The notes below the pieces were generated by a model. That model was not told the origin of the DNA. It saw only the letters and a program-made list of their open reading frames with translations, and made no database searches. Positions 28,289 to 38,114 of a DNA stretch of 64,000 bases are shown here, in pieces (the stretch's first letter is position 1; each line of letters opens with the position of its first letter). The position numbers and the translations under genes were made by a program. Origin of the DNA: Candidatus Omnitrophota bacterium. Its GTDB lineage: Bacteria > Omnitrophota > Omnitrophia > Omnitrophales > JACROU01. The stretch lies in the NCBI GenBank assembly GCA_016214265.1, contig JACROU010000049.1, positions 9,589-73,588 of the forward strand, given 5' to 3'.

Positions 28289-30034
28289 ATGGCAAAAAGT
28301 CTCCTCAATGAAAAACTGATTCGAAGAATGGTTGAAAAAGGGTTGATTCGCGCTGAGGATGCCGAATTGGTTTTGTCCAAAGGCGGTTCCCGGTCGGAAG
28401 TATCCCTGTTTAATGCTTTGGTGGAAAAAGACCTCTTGAGCGAAGATGAAATTTTCAACTTCCTCAAGGATGAATTTGGTTATCCTGCTGCCGATCCCAC
28501 GCATTTTACAATTACCCCGGAAGTTTTGAAGCTAATCCCGCAGGAAGTGGCTTTGGAACATAAAGTACTCCCATTATTTTTAATCGATAATGTCCTCACG
28601 ATAGCAACTTCAGATCCAACATCAATAATTGCGCTTGATGATATTCGTGCAAAATTGAAATTAAAATTCGACGTCATGCTTTGTCTCCCGAACAAATTGG
28701 ATGAAGCAATAGAGAAAAATTATACCCAATTTTCAGTCGCGGAAGTACCTCAAGGCCAAATCGAAGAGCTGATGAACATTGTTCAAAGGGATGACTCTGA
28801 TGTGAGCGATGAAGACGCTGCGGCGCTTCGACAGCAGGCTTCCGAAACTCCTGTAATCAAAGTGGCAAATTTGTTAATTGCAGAGGCCATACGGAAAAAT
28901 GCTTCAGACTTATTTGTTGAACCTTGGGAAAAATCCGTTCGTATCCGTATTCGGGTGGATGGTGTCCTGGAAGAACTGAAGGCTCCGCCAAAGTCTATGG
29001 CCAACGCTCTTATTTCCCGAATCAAGGTGATGAGTCAGTTAAATATTGCCGAACGACGTATACCGCAAGATGGTCGTTTTAAAGTAAAAATTCAAAATCG
29101 TGAAGTTGATGTGCGTGTTTCAGTAGTGCCGTCAAGTTTTGGCGAAAAAATTTGTTTGCGTATTCTTGATAAAAAAGGCACCGTTCTGCATTTGAATAAA
29201 TTGGGTTTTTTGGAAGAGGAACTTGAAAAAATCCGCCAATGCGCCTCAAAGCCCCACGGAATGATTTTGGTTACCGGACCCACTGGGAGTGGAAAGTCTA
29301 CGACGCTGTACTCAATTTTGAATTTGCTTCATAGCCCCGAAAAAAACATCACAACAGTCGAAGATCCCGTTGAATATCAAATAGCAGGGATCAATCAGGT
29401 GAATGTGCATGAAAATATCGGTCTGACTTTTGCCGCTGCGCTTCGATCCATTTTGCGGCAGGATCCCGACATTGTCATGATTGGTGAAATCCGTGACTTT
29501 GATACTTTGGATATCGCCATCAAAGCCGCGCTTACGGGACATCTGGTGTTGAGCACGCTTCACACGAATGACGCGATCAGTTCTTTGATCCGAATCCGTA
29601 ACATGGGCTTGGAACCTTTTCTTATTTCATCATCTATTTTGATGATATCAGCACAGCGCCTAGCCCGTCGGCTTTGTCAGCAGTGCCGCGAACCGTACAC
29701 GCCGGATCATGAGACTATCGAGCGTTATCATTTAACGGAAAAATCGGCGGGTGGACCCATTCAACTTTATCATCCCGTCGGCTGCCAGCATTGCGGAAGG
29801 AAGGGCTACCAGGGGCGCACTCTTTTGACCGAAGTCTTTCTTCTAACGCCTAAAATTAGATCTCTTATTATGACCCAGGTTTCTCAGGATGAATTGAAAC
29901 GGGCCGCAAAAGAGGAGGGAATGAGAACGCTGAGGGATACGGGAATTATTAAATCGCTCCAGGGAGAAACTTCGCTGGAGGAGGTAATTCGTTTGACTGC
30001 CGGGGAAATTGAAATCAGCAAAAATGCGACATGA
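28289..30034 (+). CDS. pilB: type IV pilus assembly ATPase PilB (GspE family)
   Basis: 581 aa. N-terminal GspE_N domains, Walker A GPTGSGKSTTLYS, Asp box, Walker B IVMIGEIRD, His box, and a C-terminal tetracysteine (CQQCRE...CQHCG). Confidence 0.85.
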   Translation: MAKSLLNEKLIRRMVEKGLIRAEDAELVLSKGGSRSEVSLFNALVEKDLLSEDEIFNFLKDEFGYPAADPTHFTITPEVLKLIPQEVALEHKVLPLFLIDNVLTIATSDPTSIIALDDIRAKLKLKFDVMLCLPNKLDEAIEKNYTQFSVAEVPQGQIEELMNIVQRDDSDVSDEDAAALRQQASETPVIKVANLLIAEAIRKNASDLFVEPWEKSVRIRIRVDGVLEELKAPPKSMANALISRIKVMSQLNIAERRIPQDGRFKVKIQNREVDVRVSVVPSSFGEKICLRILDKKGTVLHLNKLGFLEEELEKIRQCASKPHGMILVTGPTGSGKSTTLYSILNLLHSPEKNITTVEDPVEYQIAGINQVNVHENIGLTFAAALRSILRQDPDIVMIGEIRDFDTLDIAIKAALTGHLVLSTLHTNDAISSLIRIRNMGLEPFLISSSILMISAQRLARRLCQQCREPYTPDHETIERYHLTEKSAGGPIQLYHPVGCQHCGRKGYQGRTLLTEVFLLTPKIRSLIMTQVSQDELKRAAKEEGMRTLRDTGIIKSLQGETSLEEVIRLTAGEIEISKNAT

Positions 30035-30045
30035 GGTGACATGCG

Positions 30046-31740
30046 ATGAATCGTCAAGAAATGCAGAGCTTATTGGTGGAAGAAGGCATCGTCAGTCGTG
30101 AGGCCATGGATCGAGCCCGTCTGCTTCAGGCAGAAAAAGGGGGAGAGCTTATTTACATTCTTGTGAATGAGGGGCTGATGAAGGAACGGGATTTTACCTG
30201 TTTTATGTCCCGTCATCTTGGAATACCATTTATTTCGCTTCCATCGATTCATCTTGTCCATGATCTGGTTCGTCTAATTCCACAAAAGTTGGCCTACCGA
30301 TACGACGCTATAGTTGTCAGTAAATTATCCAACATTCTTACTGTGGCTATGCCGGATCCTCTTAATATTCTTGCGATTGATGATTTGAAGCAGGCGACGG
30401 GACTGCAAATTATTCCGGTGCTAGCGTCAGTCAGTGAAATCAGAAATTGTCTGGATGAGCAATTCCAAACCTCAGAGCATCTTTCAGAAGTTATTGAGTC
30501 TGTAGAGGATAGTGATATCAAAGTGATTGAAGAATCGTCAGAAACAGAATTGATGGACGTAAAAGAAACAGACGTGCCGCTTATCCGAATGGTAAATCTT
30601 GTACTTCAAGACGCGATTAAACAGCGCGCTTCTGATATTCATTTTGAGCGGTATGAAGACAAGTTTCGAATTCGTTACCGCATTGACGGCGTATTAAAAG
30701 AAGCCGTAATGCCGCCGGTTCGAATGCATCCGACAGTGACTGCGCGACTTAAAATTTTGTCAACGCTTGATATCACCGAGAAAAGATTGCCACAGGATGG
30801 CCGGTTCAAAATCCGTCTCGGTAATAAAGAAATCAATTTTCGTGTTTCGGTTTTACCAACTTATTATGGTGAAAAGGTCGTGCTTCGCATTTTGGATACC
30901 ACCTCGCTTTCTTTTGGTTTGGAGCGTCTAGGATTTAACGCGGTAGATTTAAAAAAACTAAAAGAAGCTATCGAAAAACCGTACGGTATGATTTTGATTA
31001 CGGGGCCGACTGGAAGTGGTAAATCAACAACGCTGTATTCCATTTTAAGTAAATTGAATACATCCGAACGTAACATCATGACGATTGAAGATCCTGTGGA
31101 ATATCAGCTGGAAGGAATTACACAGACTCAAGTGCATCCAGAAATTGGACTTACGTTTGCCAACGGTCTTCGTTCTCTCTTGCGGCAGAATCCCGATATT
31201 ATTCTTGTTGGAGAAATTCGTGATGGTGAAACAGCAGATATTGCTGTAAAGGCGGCGCTGACGGGGCATTTGCTATTTAGCACACTTCATACCAACAGTG
31301 CGGCCGGGGCCATTACGCGGCTGGTGGATATGAATGTTGAGCCATTTTTGATAGGCGCCTCGCTTCTTATTTCCGTCGCTCAGCGTCTTTGCCGGCGGAT
31401 TTGTGAGAATTGCAAAGAAAAAGTGGATATTCCCAACAATGTGTTAAAGCGGCTTAAAATCAAAGATGATATTTGGGGCGATGGCAAGGCTTTTCAGGGA
31501 AAAGGATGCAACGTTTGTCATGGTACGGGCTATCTCGGACGAATGGCTTGCAGCGAATCGCTTATTGTTGATGACCCAATCCGGGAAATGATTCTGGCGC
31601 GAAAATCCAGTTTTGATATTCAGACTCATGCGATTAAAAATGGAATGAAGACTTTGTTCGAAGATGCCGTCGATAAGTTTGCGAAAGGTTATACGACGCT
31701 TCAGGAAGTTTTGAGAATTACTTCAGAAGAGATGATTTAA
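30046..31740 (+). CDS. second PilB/GspE-type secretion ATPase (full length, N-terminal domain retained)
   Basis: 564 aa. Walker A GPTGSGKSTTLYS, Walker B IILVGEIRD and a tetracysteine CENCKE...CNVCHG. The N-terminal about 150 aa are GSPII_E_N-like. Not PilT-like, since PilT lacks the N-domain and is about 350 aa. Confidence 0.8.
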   Translation: MNRQEMQSLLVEEGIVSREAMDRARLLQAEKGGELIYILVNEGLMKERDFTCFMSRHLGIPFISLPSIHLVHDLVRLIPQKLAYRYDAIVVSKLSNILTVAMPDPLNILAIDDLKQATGLQIIPVLASVSEIRNCLDEQFQTSEHLSEVIESVEDSDIKVIEESSETELMDVKETDVPLIRMVNLVLQDAIKQRASDIHFERYEDKFRIRYRIDGVLKEAVMPPVRMHPTVTARLKILSTLDITEKRLPQDGRFKIRLGNKEINFRVSVLPTYYGEKVVLRILDTTSLSFGLERLGFNAVDLKKLKEAIEKPYGMILITGPTGSGKSTTLYSILSKLNTSERNIMTIEDPVEYQLEGITQTQVHPEIGLTFANGLRSLLRQNPDIILVGEIRDGETADIAVKAALTGHLLFSTLHTNSAAGAITRLVDMNVEPFLIGASLLISVAQRLCRRICENCKEKVDIPNNVLKRLKIKDDIWGDGKAFQGKGCNVCHGTGYLGRMACSESLIVDDPIREMILARKSSFDIQTHAIKNGMKTLFEDAVDKFAKGYTTLQEVLRITSEEMI

Positions 31741-31789
31741 TAACAGATCCGGAAGTGTTTTCGGATGCAAGACATACGGGAGGTTTGGA

Positions 31790-33016
31790 ATGCCCAAGTT
31801 TGAATATTTAGTCAAAGACTCTCAGGGACGAGACGTGAAAGGTATTCAGGAAGCGCAGGATGCCGGTTCCCTCATTGCGGATTTTCATAAACGTGGTTTT
31901 GTCATTGTTCAGATCAATCAGCTTAAAGAAACAGCCGGACTATTTTCCGTCAAACGTGAAGGAAGTAAAAAGCGGGGGAGAAAAATCAAATTAGAAGATA
32001 TGGTGGTTTTCTCAAGGCAACTTGCCACCATGATCAACGCCGGCGTTCCTCTGGTTCAGTCTCTGGATATTTTGGGTGAGCAAATGGACAACCCCTCATT
32101 TCAGGAGGTTGCCAGGAAGCTAAAATCGAGTGTTGAGGGCGGAAAAAGTTTCTCGGAAAGTCTGGATGAACACAAAAAGGTATTTTCGACCCTATTCATT
32201 AATATGGTGCGAGCGGGTGAATCGAGCGGAAAATTGGACGAAATTCTTGATCGATTATCCGCCTATATGGAGAAAACAAATGCTTTAATTAATAAAGTCC
32301 GGTCCGCGATGATTTATCCAGCGGTTGTTACGAGCGTAGCGTTGATTATAACTTATGCGATGTTTACTTTCGTAATCCCCAAGTTCGCGGAAATTTTTTC
32401 CACGCTAGACGCCAAACTTCCCTTGCCGACACAGATTGCTATCAGCGCCAGCTATTTTGTTCGAAAAAACTCATTATTTATTCTTGGGTCGATTGCGCTG
32501 ATCGTTTTTTTTCTTCGAACAATTGTCCGAACACGGAACGGGCGGTTGTGGTTTGACCGGACATTGTTAACGCTTCCGGTTGTGGGCCCGCTATTTGTCA
32601 AAGTTGCTGTTAGTAAATTTAGTCGCACGTTAGCCACACTAGTAAAGAGCGGCGTTCCGATTCTAACAGCTCTTGAAATTGTGTCCAAGACAGCTGGTAA
32701 TCTTCAAATTGAAATTGTGATTGATCAGCTTCGAACGTCGATCAAGGAGGGCGGCGGTATTGCCGGGCCGCTTTCAAAAAGCAAATATTTCCCGCCAATG
32801 GTAACCCGAATGATTGCCGTGGGTGAGGAGACAGGAGAAATGGAGCAGATGCTTGGAAAAATTGCAGATTTTTATGATCAGCAGGTAGACAACGCGGTGC
32901 AGGGAATTACGTCTCTGATCGAGCCGATGATCATCGTGTTTCTCGGTGTTGTGATTGGAGGAATTGTTATCGCCATGTTCTTGCCGATTTTGACGATTAC
33001 GCAAGCGATTAAGTAG
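31790..33016 (+). CDS. pilC: type IV pilus platform protein PilC (GspF family)
   Basis: 408 aa. Two GspF repeats (e.g. FSRQLATMINAGVPLVQSL and FSRTLATLVKSGVPILTAL) and three TM segments. Confidence 0.85.
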   Translation: MPKFEYLVKDSQGRDVKGIQEAQDAGSLIADFHKRGFVIVQINQLKETAGLFSVKREGSKKRGRKIKLEDMVVFSRQLATMINAGVPLVQSLDILGEQMDNPSFQEVARKLKSSVEGGKSFSESLDEHKKVFSTLFINMVRAGESSGKLDEILDRLSAYMEKTNALINKVRSAMIYPAVVTSVALIITYAMFTFVIPKFAEIFSTLDAKLPLPTQIAISASYFVRKNSLFILGSIALIVFFLRTIVRTRNGRLWFDRTLLTLPVVGPLFVKVAVSKFSRTLATLVKSGVPILTALEIVSKTAGNLQIEIVIDQLRTSIKEGGGIAGPLSKSKYFPPMVTRMIAVGEETGEMEQMLGKIADFYDQQVDNAVQGITSLIEPMIIVFLGVVIGGIVIAMFLPILTITQAIK

Positions 33017-33026
33017 AGGGGGAGCA

Positions 33027-34268
33027 ATGGTTTTGGATGTATTCGTGCTTAATGTCAGAACGTTTATTGTGGCAAGGCTCCTCGTTGCTACGATTCTTTT
33101 GTGCCTGGGGTTCTGGACTTATCCTCAGCATCGGTGGCTCTTTTCCGTTCTCGTTATTTTTCTTTGTGTTCTTAGCATTGTTTATATCCTGTGGTTTTTG
33201 TCCGGCAAGAAAATTCGAGGATTGGCTTATACCCAAATTTTGATTGATCTGATTTGGGAAAGTGCTTTGGTGCACTTTACCGGTGGGATAGACAGTGTCT
33301 TTATTGTTTTTTACGTGATTACAATTTTGGGTTCTGCATTGGTTCTTCCGGCGAAAGGGAGTATCTGGACGACACTATTAACCTGCATTATTTTTAGCTT
33401 ATTAATTTTATTCGAGTTCGTTAATTTAAATTTTCCTGGGCATTTTATTTTAAGGCGTTATTACAATCTCAGAGACTGGTTTCCAATATTTTATCTTGCG
33501 CTAGTGAGGATGACAATTTTTGGGATCGTGGGTTATCTGGGAACTTATTTATCAGTCCGGATATACAATTTGGAAAAAAAGCTTAAAAATCAGGAACAAT
33601 TGACTAATTTAGGCGAGCTAACGGCGAGAATTGCTCACGAAATAAAAAATCCTCTAACAGCGATTAGCGGTACAGTTGAGGTGTTAAGTAAAGAGCTAGA
33701 ACCGCAGCTTTCTGATGAGAACAAGCATTTGATGCAAAGCGTTGTCAAAGAGACGCGAAGGTTAAAAAATATCTTAACTTCAATTCTAGATTATTCACGT
33801 GTGGATACGGTACATCGGGAATATTTTGATTTATCGCAAGCGATTGAGGAAGTGCTTGCGGTGGCCGGTAATGCGCCTCAGAAAAATGGGAAGGTGCATA
33901 TCATTAAGACATTTGATAGAAAGCCGTTAAGATTTTACGGAGATTCAAACCGTATTAAACAAATGCTGTTCAATTTGGTTCTCAACGCTTATGAGGCAAT
34001 GCCCGTGGGCGGGGATTTGGTGTTGACAATCCGAAGCGAGGGGGAAGAACAGGTTGTGATTTCCATCATGGATAGTGGAAAGGGCATTTCAAAAGAAATG
34101 CAGAAGGTTCTGTTTCAGCCGTTCCATTCCACAAAACATGGTGGAACAGGTTTGGGCTTAGCCATTGTGCAAAAAATTGTAGAAAACCATGGCGGTAAAA
34201 TTACGGTTCGAAGCCAGGCTGGATTAGGAACGGAATTTATTATTCAACTGCCTTTGTTAGCAAAGTGA
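33027..34268 (+). CDS. pilS: sensor histidine kinase (PilS-like; six-TM sensor domain)
   Basis: 413 aa. N-terminal polytopic membrane domain, HisKA H-box ELTARIAHEIKNPLTAISG, and HATPase_c N, G1 and G2 boxes (NLVLNAYEAM, DSGKGI, GGTGLGLAIV). Confidence 0.7.
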   Translation: MVLDVFVLNVRTFIVARLLVATILLCLGFWTYPQHRWLFSVLVIFLCVLSIVYILWFLSGKKIRGLAYTQILIDLIWESALVHFTGGIDSVFIVFYVITILGSALVLPAKGSIWTTLLTCIIFSLLILFEFVNLNFPGHFILRRYYNLRDWFPIFYLALVRMTIFGIVGYLGTYLSVRIYNLEKKLKNQEQLTNLGELTARIAHEIKNPLTAISGTVEVLSKELEPQLSDENKHLMQSVVKETRRLKNILTSILDYSRVDTVHREYFDLSQAIEEVLAVAGNAPQKNGKVHIIKTFDRKPLRFYGDSNRIKQMLFNLVLNAYEAMPVGGDLVLTIRSEGEEQVVISIMDSGKGISKEMQKVLFQPFHSTKHGGTGLGLAIVQKIVENHGGKITVRSQAGLGTEFIIQLPLLAK

Positions 34269-35655
34269 AATATATGGATAAGAAAACGATACCGGTCATG
34301 ATTATCGATGATGAAGAAAGTATACTTAATTTTATGAGCAAGGCTCTGAAGAAGGAAGGCTACGAGCCGCATTGTTTTGTGGAGCCGCGCCTTGCGACGG
34401 CGAAGCTCTCGACGGTAAATCCACAAATCGTGATTACTGATATTGTGATGCCTACTATGAACGGCCTCCAGGTTTTGGAAGCGGTGAAGCAATTTAATGT
34501 GGAGACTAATGTGATTTTGATTACGGCTCATGCCTCAGTGGAATCTGCGATTTCCGCCATGAGGGGAGGTGCTTTTGATTACATTACGAAACCATTTGAG
34601 ATTGATGAATTAGTAGTGACGCTGAAAAGGGCGTTGAGTTCGAAACGACTAAATACGGTTTTTCCCGCAATTGAGAAGAAGACTCAATCCATGTATCAGG
34701 TTTCCAAATTGATCGGCAACAGCCCTAAGATGCACGAGATTTACCGGCTATTGGAAAAGGTTGCTAAGTCAGACAGTACGGTATTGGTGGTTGGCGAGAG
34801 CGGCACGGGAAAAGAAATGGTGGCGAGGGCGATTCATTACAGTTCTCCCCGAAAGTCAAATCCGTTTGTAAGCGTTAACTGTGCGTCATTGCCTGATCAG
34901 TTGCTTGAAAGCGAATTGTTTGGTCACGAGAAAGGTTCATTCACGGGAGCGTTGGCAACAAAACCAGGATTACTTGAGTTGGCTCACGGAGGCTCGTTTT
35001 TGCTTGATGAAGTGGGGGATATGTCATTGCCGGTTCAGGCGAAACTGCTCCGGGCTCTCCAGGAGCGTGAAATAAAACGGGTGGGAGGTATCGAAAACAT
35101 TCCTGTCGATGTCCGGATCATTGCTGCCACCAGCAAGGATCTACAAGCTGAAATCGAAAAGAAAAATTTTCGGGAAGATTTGTTTTACCGCCTCAATGTT
35201 ATCCCGATTTTTTTGCCTCCTTTAAGAGAACGTCGTGAGGACATCCCTGAATTGATATCGCATTTTATCGGATATCTAAAAGAAAAATATCATATGCCCA
35301 AAGAATTGGAGTTTTTGCCAGACGGAATGGATTACTTAATGACTTATCATTGGCCGGGCAATATTCGCGAGTTAGAAAATATCGTTGAAAGAATTTTTAT
35401 GCTCGCCGAAAAAAAATCGCTTGGCAGAGATGATATTGTTCAGCTGTTGGGCACAGAATTGCGTTCTGTGAAGGATATGACGCGCGGCGGTACGATGCTG
35501 ATCGAACTCAAAAATGAAACCGAGAACGTTTTGAAAAGAAGGCGATTGAGCAGGCACTCGAGCAATCGCATGGAAATAAACTTCAGGCAGCTAAACGGCT
35601 TCATATTAGTCGTCAGACGCTGCAGTATAAAATCAAAAAGTACAACTTGGAATAG
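34265..35655 (+). CDS. pilR: sigma54-dependent response regulator (PilR/NtrC family), with an apparent -1/+2 frameshift before the C-terminal Fis-type HTH
   Basis: REC domain (VMIIDDEESIL...ITDIVMP), sigma54 AAA+ domain (GESGTGKE, ESELFGHEKGSFTGA, GNIRELEN). The track frame ends in nonsense (ENVLKRRRLSRHSS...). The frame shifted by -1/+2 reads ...FEKKAIEQALEQSHGNKLQAAKRLHISRQTLQYKIKKYNLE* (canonical HTH) and stops at 35653-35655, but is closed upstream by TGA at 35515-35517. The shift therefore lies between 35518 and 35533 (AAAA/TTTT runs). Confidence 0.75.
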
Positions 35656-35834
35656 GCCAGTTTTTAGGACAAAGTGCAAAATTTTTTTACATTCGGAAGT
35701 TGGTAAGGCTGTTTTTGACAAAATAAAAAGCTTCAGACTATATAGAAATAACCCGAAAATTATAAACGCTTAGTTGGCATCCTATTTGTTGCCATAAATA
35801 CGTACCATGATTTTCCAAAGGAGGTAATCATAAA

Positions 35835-36272
35835 ATGTTAACTAAATTAAATTCCAAAAAAGGATTTACCCTCGTAGAAATTATGATTGTGGTGGCCATT
35901 ATTGGTTTGTTAGCGGCTATCGCAATTCCTAACCTCTTGAGGGCTCGTTTGAACGCGAATGAATCAGCAGCAAAATCGTCACTCCGTACGTTGAGCACAG
36001 CTTGTGAAAGTTTCAGGGCTGCACAGAATCCGCCGAGTTATCCGGCGAATTTAGCCGCGCTCTCTGGAGCAAATCCACCGTATATCGATGCAACACTGGC
36101 TGGCGGAACTAAACAAGGCTATACATTCACTTATACTTTGGTGAACGTAAATCAATATACGTGCACAGCTGCGCCGACAACGGCTAATATTACTGGAGTG
36201 AATACTTTTTTTGTTGATGAAACGGGGGTGATTCGCTTTAACAATGCTGCGGGTAACCCAATAGAAGGCTAA
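35835..36272 (+). CDS. pilA: type IVa major pilin (prepilin with N-terminal methylation motif)
   Basis: 145 aa. Leader MLTKLNSKKG followed by FTLVEIMIVVAIIGLLAAIAIP (class III signal, Phe+1/Glu+5). C-terminal Cys pair for the disulfide loop. Strong RBS AAAGGAGG. Confidence 0.8.
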   Translation: MLTKLNSKKGFTLVEIMIVVAIIGLLAAIAIPNLLRARLNANESAAKSSLRTLSTACESFRAAQNPPSYPANLAALSGANPPYIDATLAGGTKQGYTFTYTLVNVNQYTCTAAPTTANITGVNTFFVDETGVIRFNNAAGNPIEG

Positions 36273-36290
36273 TTCTCTTTCGAATACATT

Positions 36291-36336
36291 GGGGCACTAT
36301 CTCAAATGGTAGTGCCCTGGTGTATTTTCTTATTTC
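36291..36336 (+). terminator. intrinsic terminator/attenuator hairpin downstream of pilA
   Basis: Stem GGGGCACTAT (36291-36300) / ATGGTAGTGCCCT (36307-36318; 8 perfect bp GGGCACTA/TAGTGCCC) with loop CTCAAATG, followed by a T-rich tract GGTGTATTTTCTTATTTC. Confidence 0.55.
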
Positions 36337-36359
36337 AAGGATGAGTGTGAGAATAATCA

Positions 36360-37445
36360 ATGTCGAACACGGAATTGAAGTCAACAATCTCTAGGGCTGG
36401 TAGCGAACTTTTTCAAAAAGCTCGCGAGTTAGTGCGTCCTGAAATTGCCCGTTTTTCCACAGGCCTTCACATCGGTAAACAAAACATTATTCTGAGCGAG
36501 TTTGAAATAAAAAAAGATGAAACTATTCTCCTGAATTTAACTCACGAAAAAACCGCAGCTTCTTCTGATCGAAATTTGGAATTGTTGACCCGGCTTTATG
36601 CCAAAGAAGGTTATGAATTTCAGCATGTCGCGGTTTCGGTTCCGCGTGAATCCGCAGTAGTTCGCATTATTACCTTTCCGTTGATGGATGAAAAACAATT
36701 AAAAACTTCGCTCGAGTTTGAAGCAGAAAAATATGTCCCCTTTAATCTTTCGGAGATTTATTTTGATTGTCAGTCGCTGATGGGTAAAGAGCAGCGATCA
36801 GGCATGCGGCAGATGAAAGTGCTTCTGGCGGCATGTAAGCGGGATGTCATTATGGGGTTGATTCAGCAGATACAGAAAGCACGGGGACAAGTGGATGCTA
36901 TCAATTTAGATTCACTGGCCACTCTTAATGCTTTCCTCCGAACACAGGCCAAAGAACCTCTACCATCATCGGCGCTTCTGGATATTGGAACAAATGTTTC
37001 TAATTTGAGTTTGATGGAAAATAATCAAATTGTTTTCTTGCGCGATATTTCATTTGGCGGTGCTGATTTGTCTCAGACACTCACAAAAAACCTTCAGATT
37101 TCAGCAGATGAGGCAGAGGCAGTTAAGACCGGCGTTCAGGCCGGAACCGCCCCTTATGAGCCGCTGCTGCGAGCGGTTATCGAAAAAATTATTCACGAAG
37201 TCAAAATTACGATTCATTACGTTGAAGGACAATTGGGTAAACCCATGAATATGAAACAACTGCATCTTGCCGGCGGAATGGCTCGAAATCCACTTCTTCA
37301 AGAGTCAATTCGGAATTTGCTCGGATTAGAGCCTGTAATTTGGGATCCGCTTAAAGGAGTCAAGATTGCAAGTTGGGTGAACGCAGATTTGGTTAAGGAA
37401 TTCGAGACGGTGCTTCCAGTCAGCGTGGGATTGGCGCTTAGTTGA
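36360..37445 (+). CDS. pilM: type IV pilus assembly protein PilM (actin-like ATPase fold)
   Basis: 361 aa. PRESAVVRIITFPLMDEKQLKTSLEFEAEKYVPFNLSEIYFDCQ matches the conserved PilM core. Sits in the canonical pilMNOPQ position. Confidence 0.7.
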   Translation: MSNTELKSTISRAGSELFQKARELVRPEIARFSTGLHIGKQNIILSEFEIKKDETILLNLTHEKTAASSDRNLELLTRLYAKEGYEFQHVAVSVPRESAVVRIITFPLMDEKQLKTSLEFEAEKYVPFNLSEIYFDCQSLMGKEQRSGMRQMKVLLAACKRDVIMGLIQQIQKARGQVDAINLDSLATLNAFLRTQAKEPLPSSALLDIGTNVSNLSLMENNQIVFLRDISFGGADLSQTLTKNLQISADEAEAVKTGVQAGTAPYEPLLRAVIEKIIHEVKITIHYVEGQLGKPMNMKQLHLAGGMARNPLLQESIRNLLGLEPVIWDPLKGVKIASWVNADLVKEFETVLPVSVGLALS

Positions 37446-37457
37446 TAGGGCGAAACT

Positions 37458-38114
37458 ATGATTACAATTAATTTGCTTCCGACAGAATTTCGCAGAAAAA
37501 TCGAACAACCCCATGTTATCTCTTTGCGGTTTGGGATGATAGTGGCATGTCTCATAGTGTTTGTTTTGTGGATTAGTCTGGCTTTTATGGTAGGCACAGC
37601 AAAAAGAGAAATGGACAATATGTCCGGCGATTGGAAACGGTTGGAGACTGGATCTAAGGAAGCAGACAAGATTATGCTAGATATTAATCAGAATTTTTTA
37701 GAGCGCAAGAAAACTTGTGATCTCATTTCCATATCTGATATGTCATGGGCTTACGTTTTGAATCAAATAAGCGATTTGATTCCCGATAGTGCCTGGCTTA
37801 GGAAAATCAAACTATCCTCATCTGGAATGGATGAGTGGGAATTTTGGATGAAAGGAATTGAGAAAGCGCCTGAAGATGAGCCGGCGATTAAATCTATTGG
37901 TCATTATATCAGCGCGATTAAGCCGACCTTAGAGCAGGATGAAAAGCAAAAAACAAAAACTGCTGTACCGGGAGCGGGTTCCAGAGAATTGAACGTGCAA
38001 ACATCGACGGCACAGGAAACAATCAATAACAATGTGCTGACTTCGTTTGAGGCGACTTTTACGATGAAAGGCAAGCAAGATGAAAGTGTTCGGGATAAAC
38101 ATAAATCTTCCTGA
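37458..38114 (+). CDS. pilN: type IV pilus assembly protein PilN
   Basis: 218 aa. N-terminal MITINLLPTEFRRK (INLLP motif), a single TM helix and a periplasmic domain. Confidence 0.65.
   Translation: MITINLLPTEFRRKIEQPHVISLRFGMIVACLIVFVLWISLAFMVGTAKREMDNMSGDWKRLETGSKEADKIMLDINQNFLERKKTCDLISISDMSWAYVLNQISDLIPDSAWLRKIKLSSSGMDEWEFWMKGIEKAPEDEPAIKSIGHYISAIKPTLEQDEKQKTKTAVPGAGSRELNVQTSTAQETINNNVLTSFEATFTMKGKQDESVRDKHKSS

Noticed and set aside
35656-35773. C-terminal extension of the pilR ORF in the track frame (…SRHSSNRMEINFRQLNGFILVVRR… to 35773)
   Set aside because: Nonsense translation produced by the frameshift. The adjacent frame encodes the canonical Fis-type HTH and stops at 35655.
35774-35793. 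Sigma54 -24/-12 promoter call for pilA (TTGGCATCCTATTTGTTGCC)
   Set aside because: GG to GC spacing is 13 nt instead of the required 10, so it does not qualify as a canonical sigma54 promoter. It is kept only as a remark in the pilA finding.
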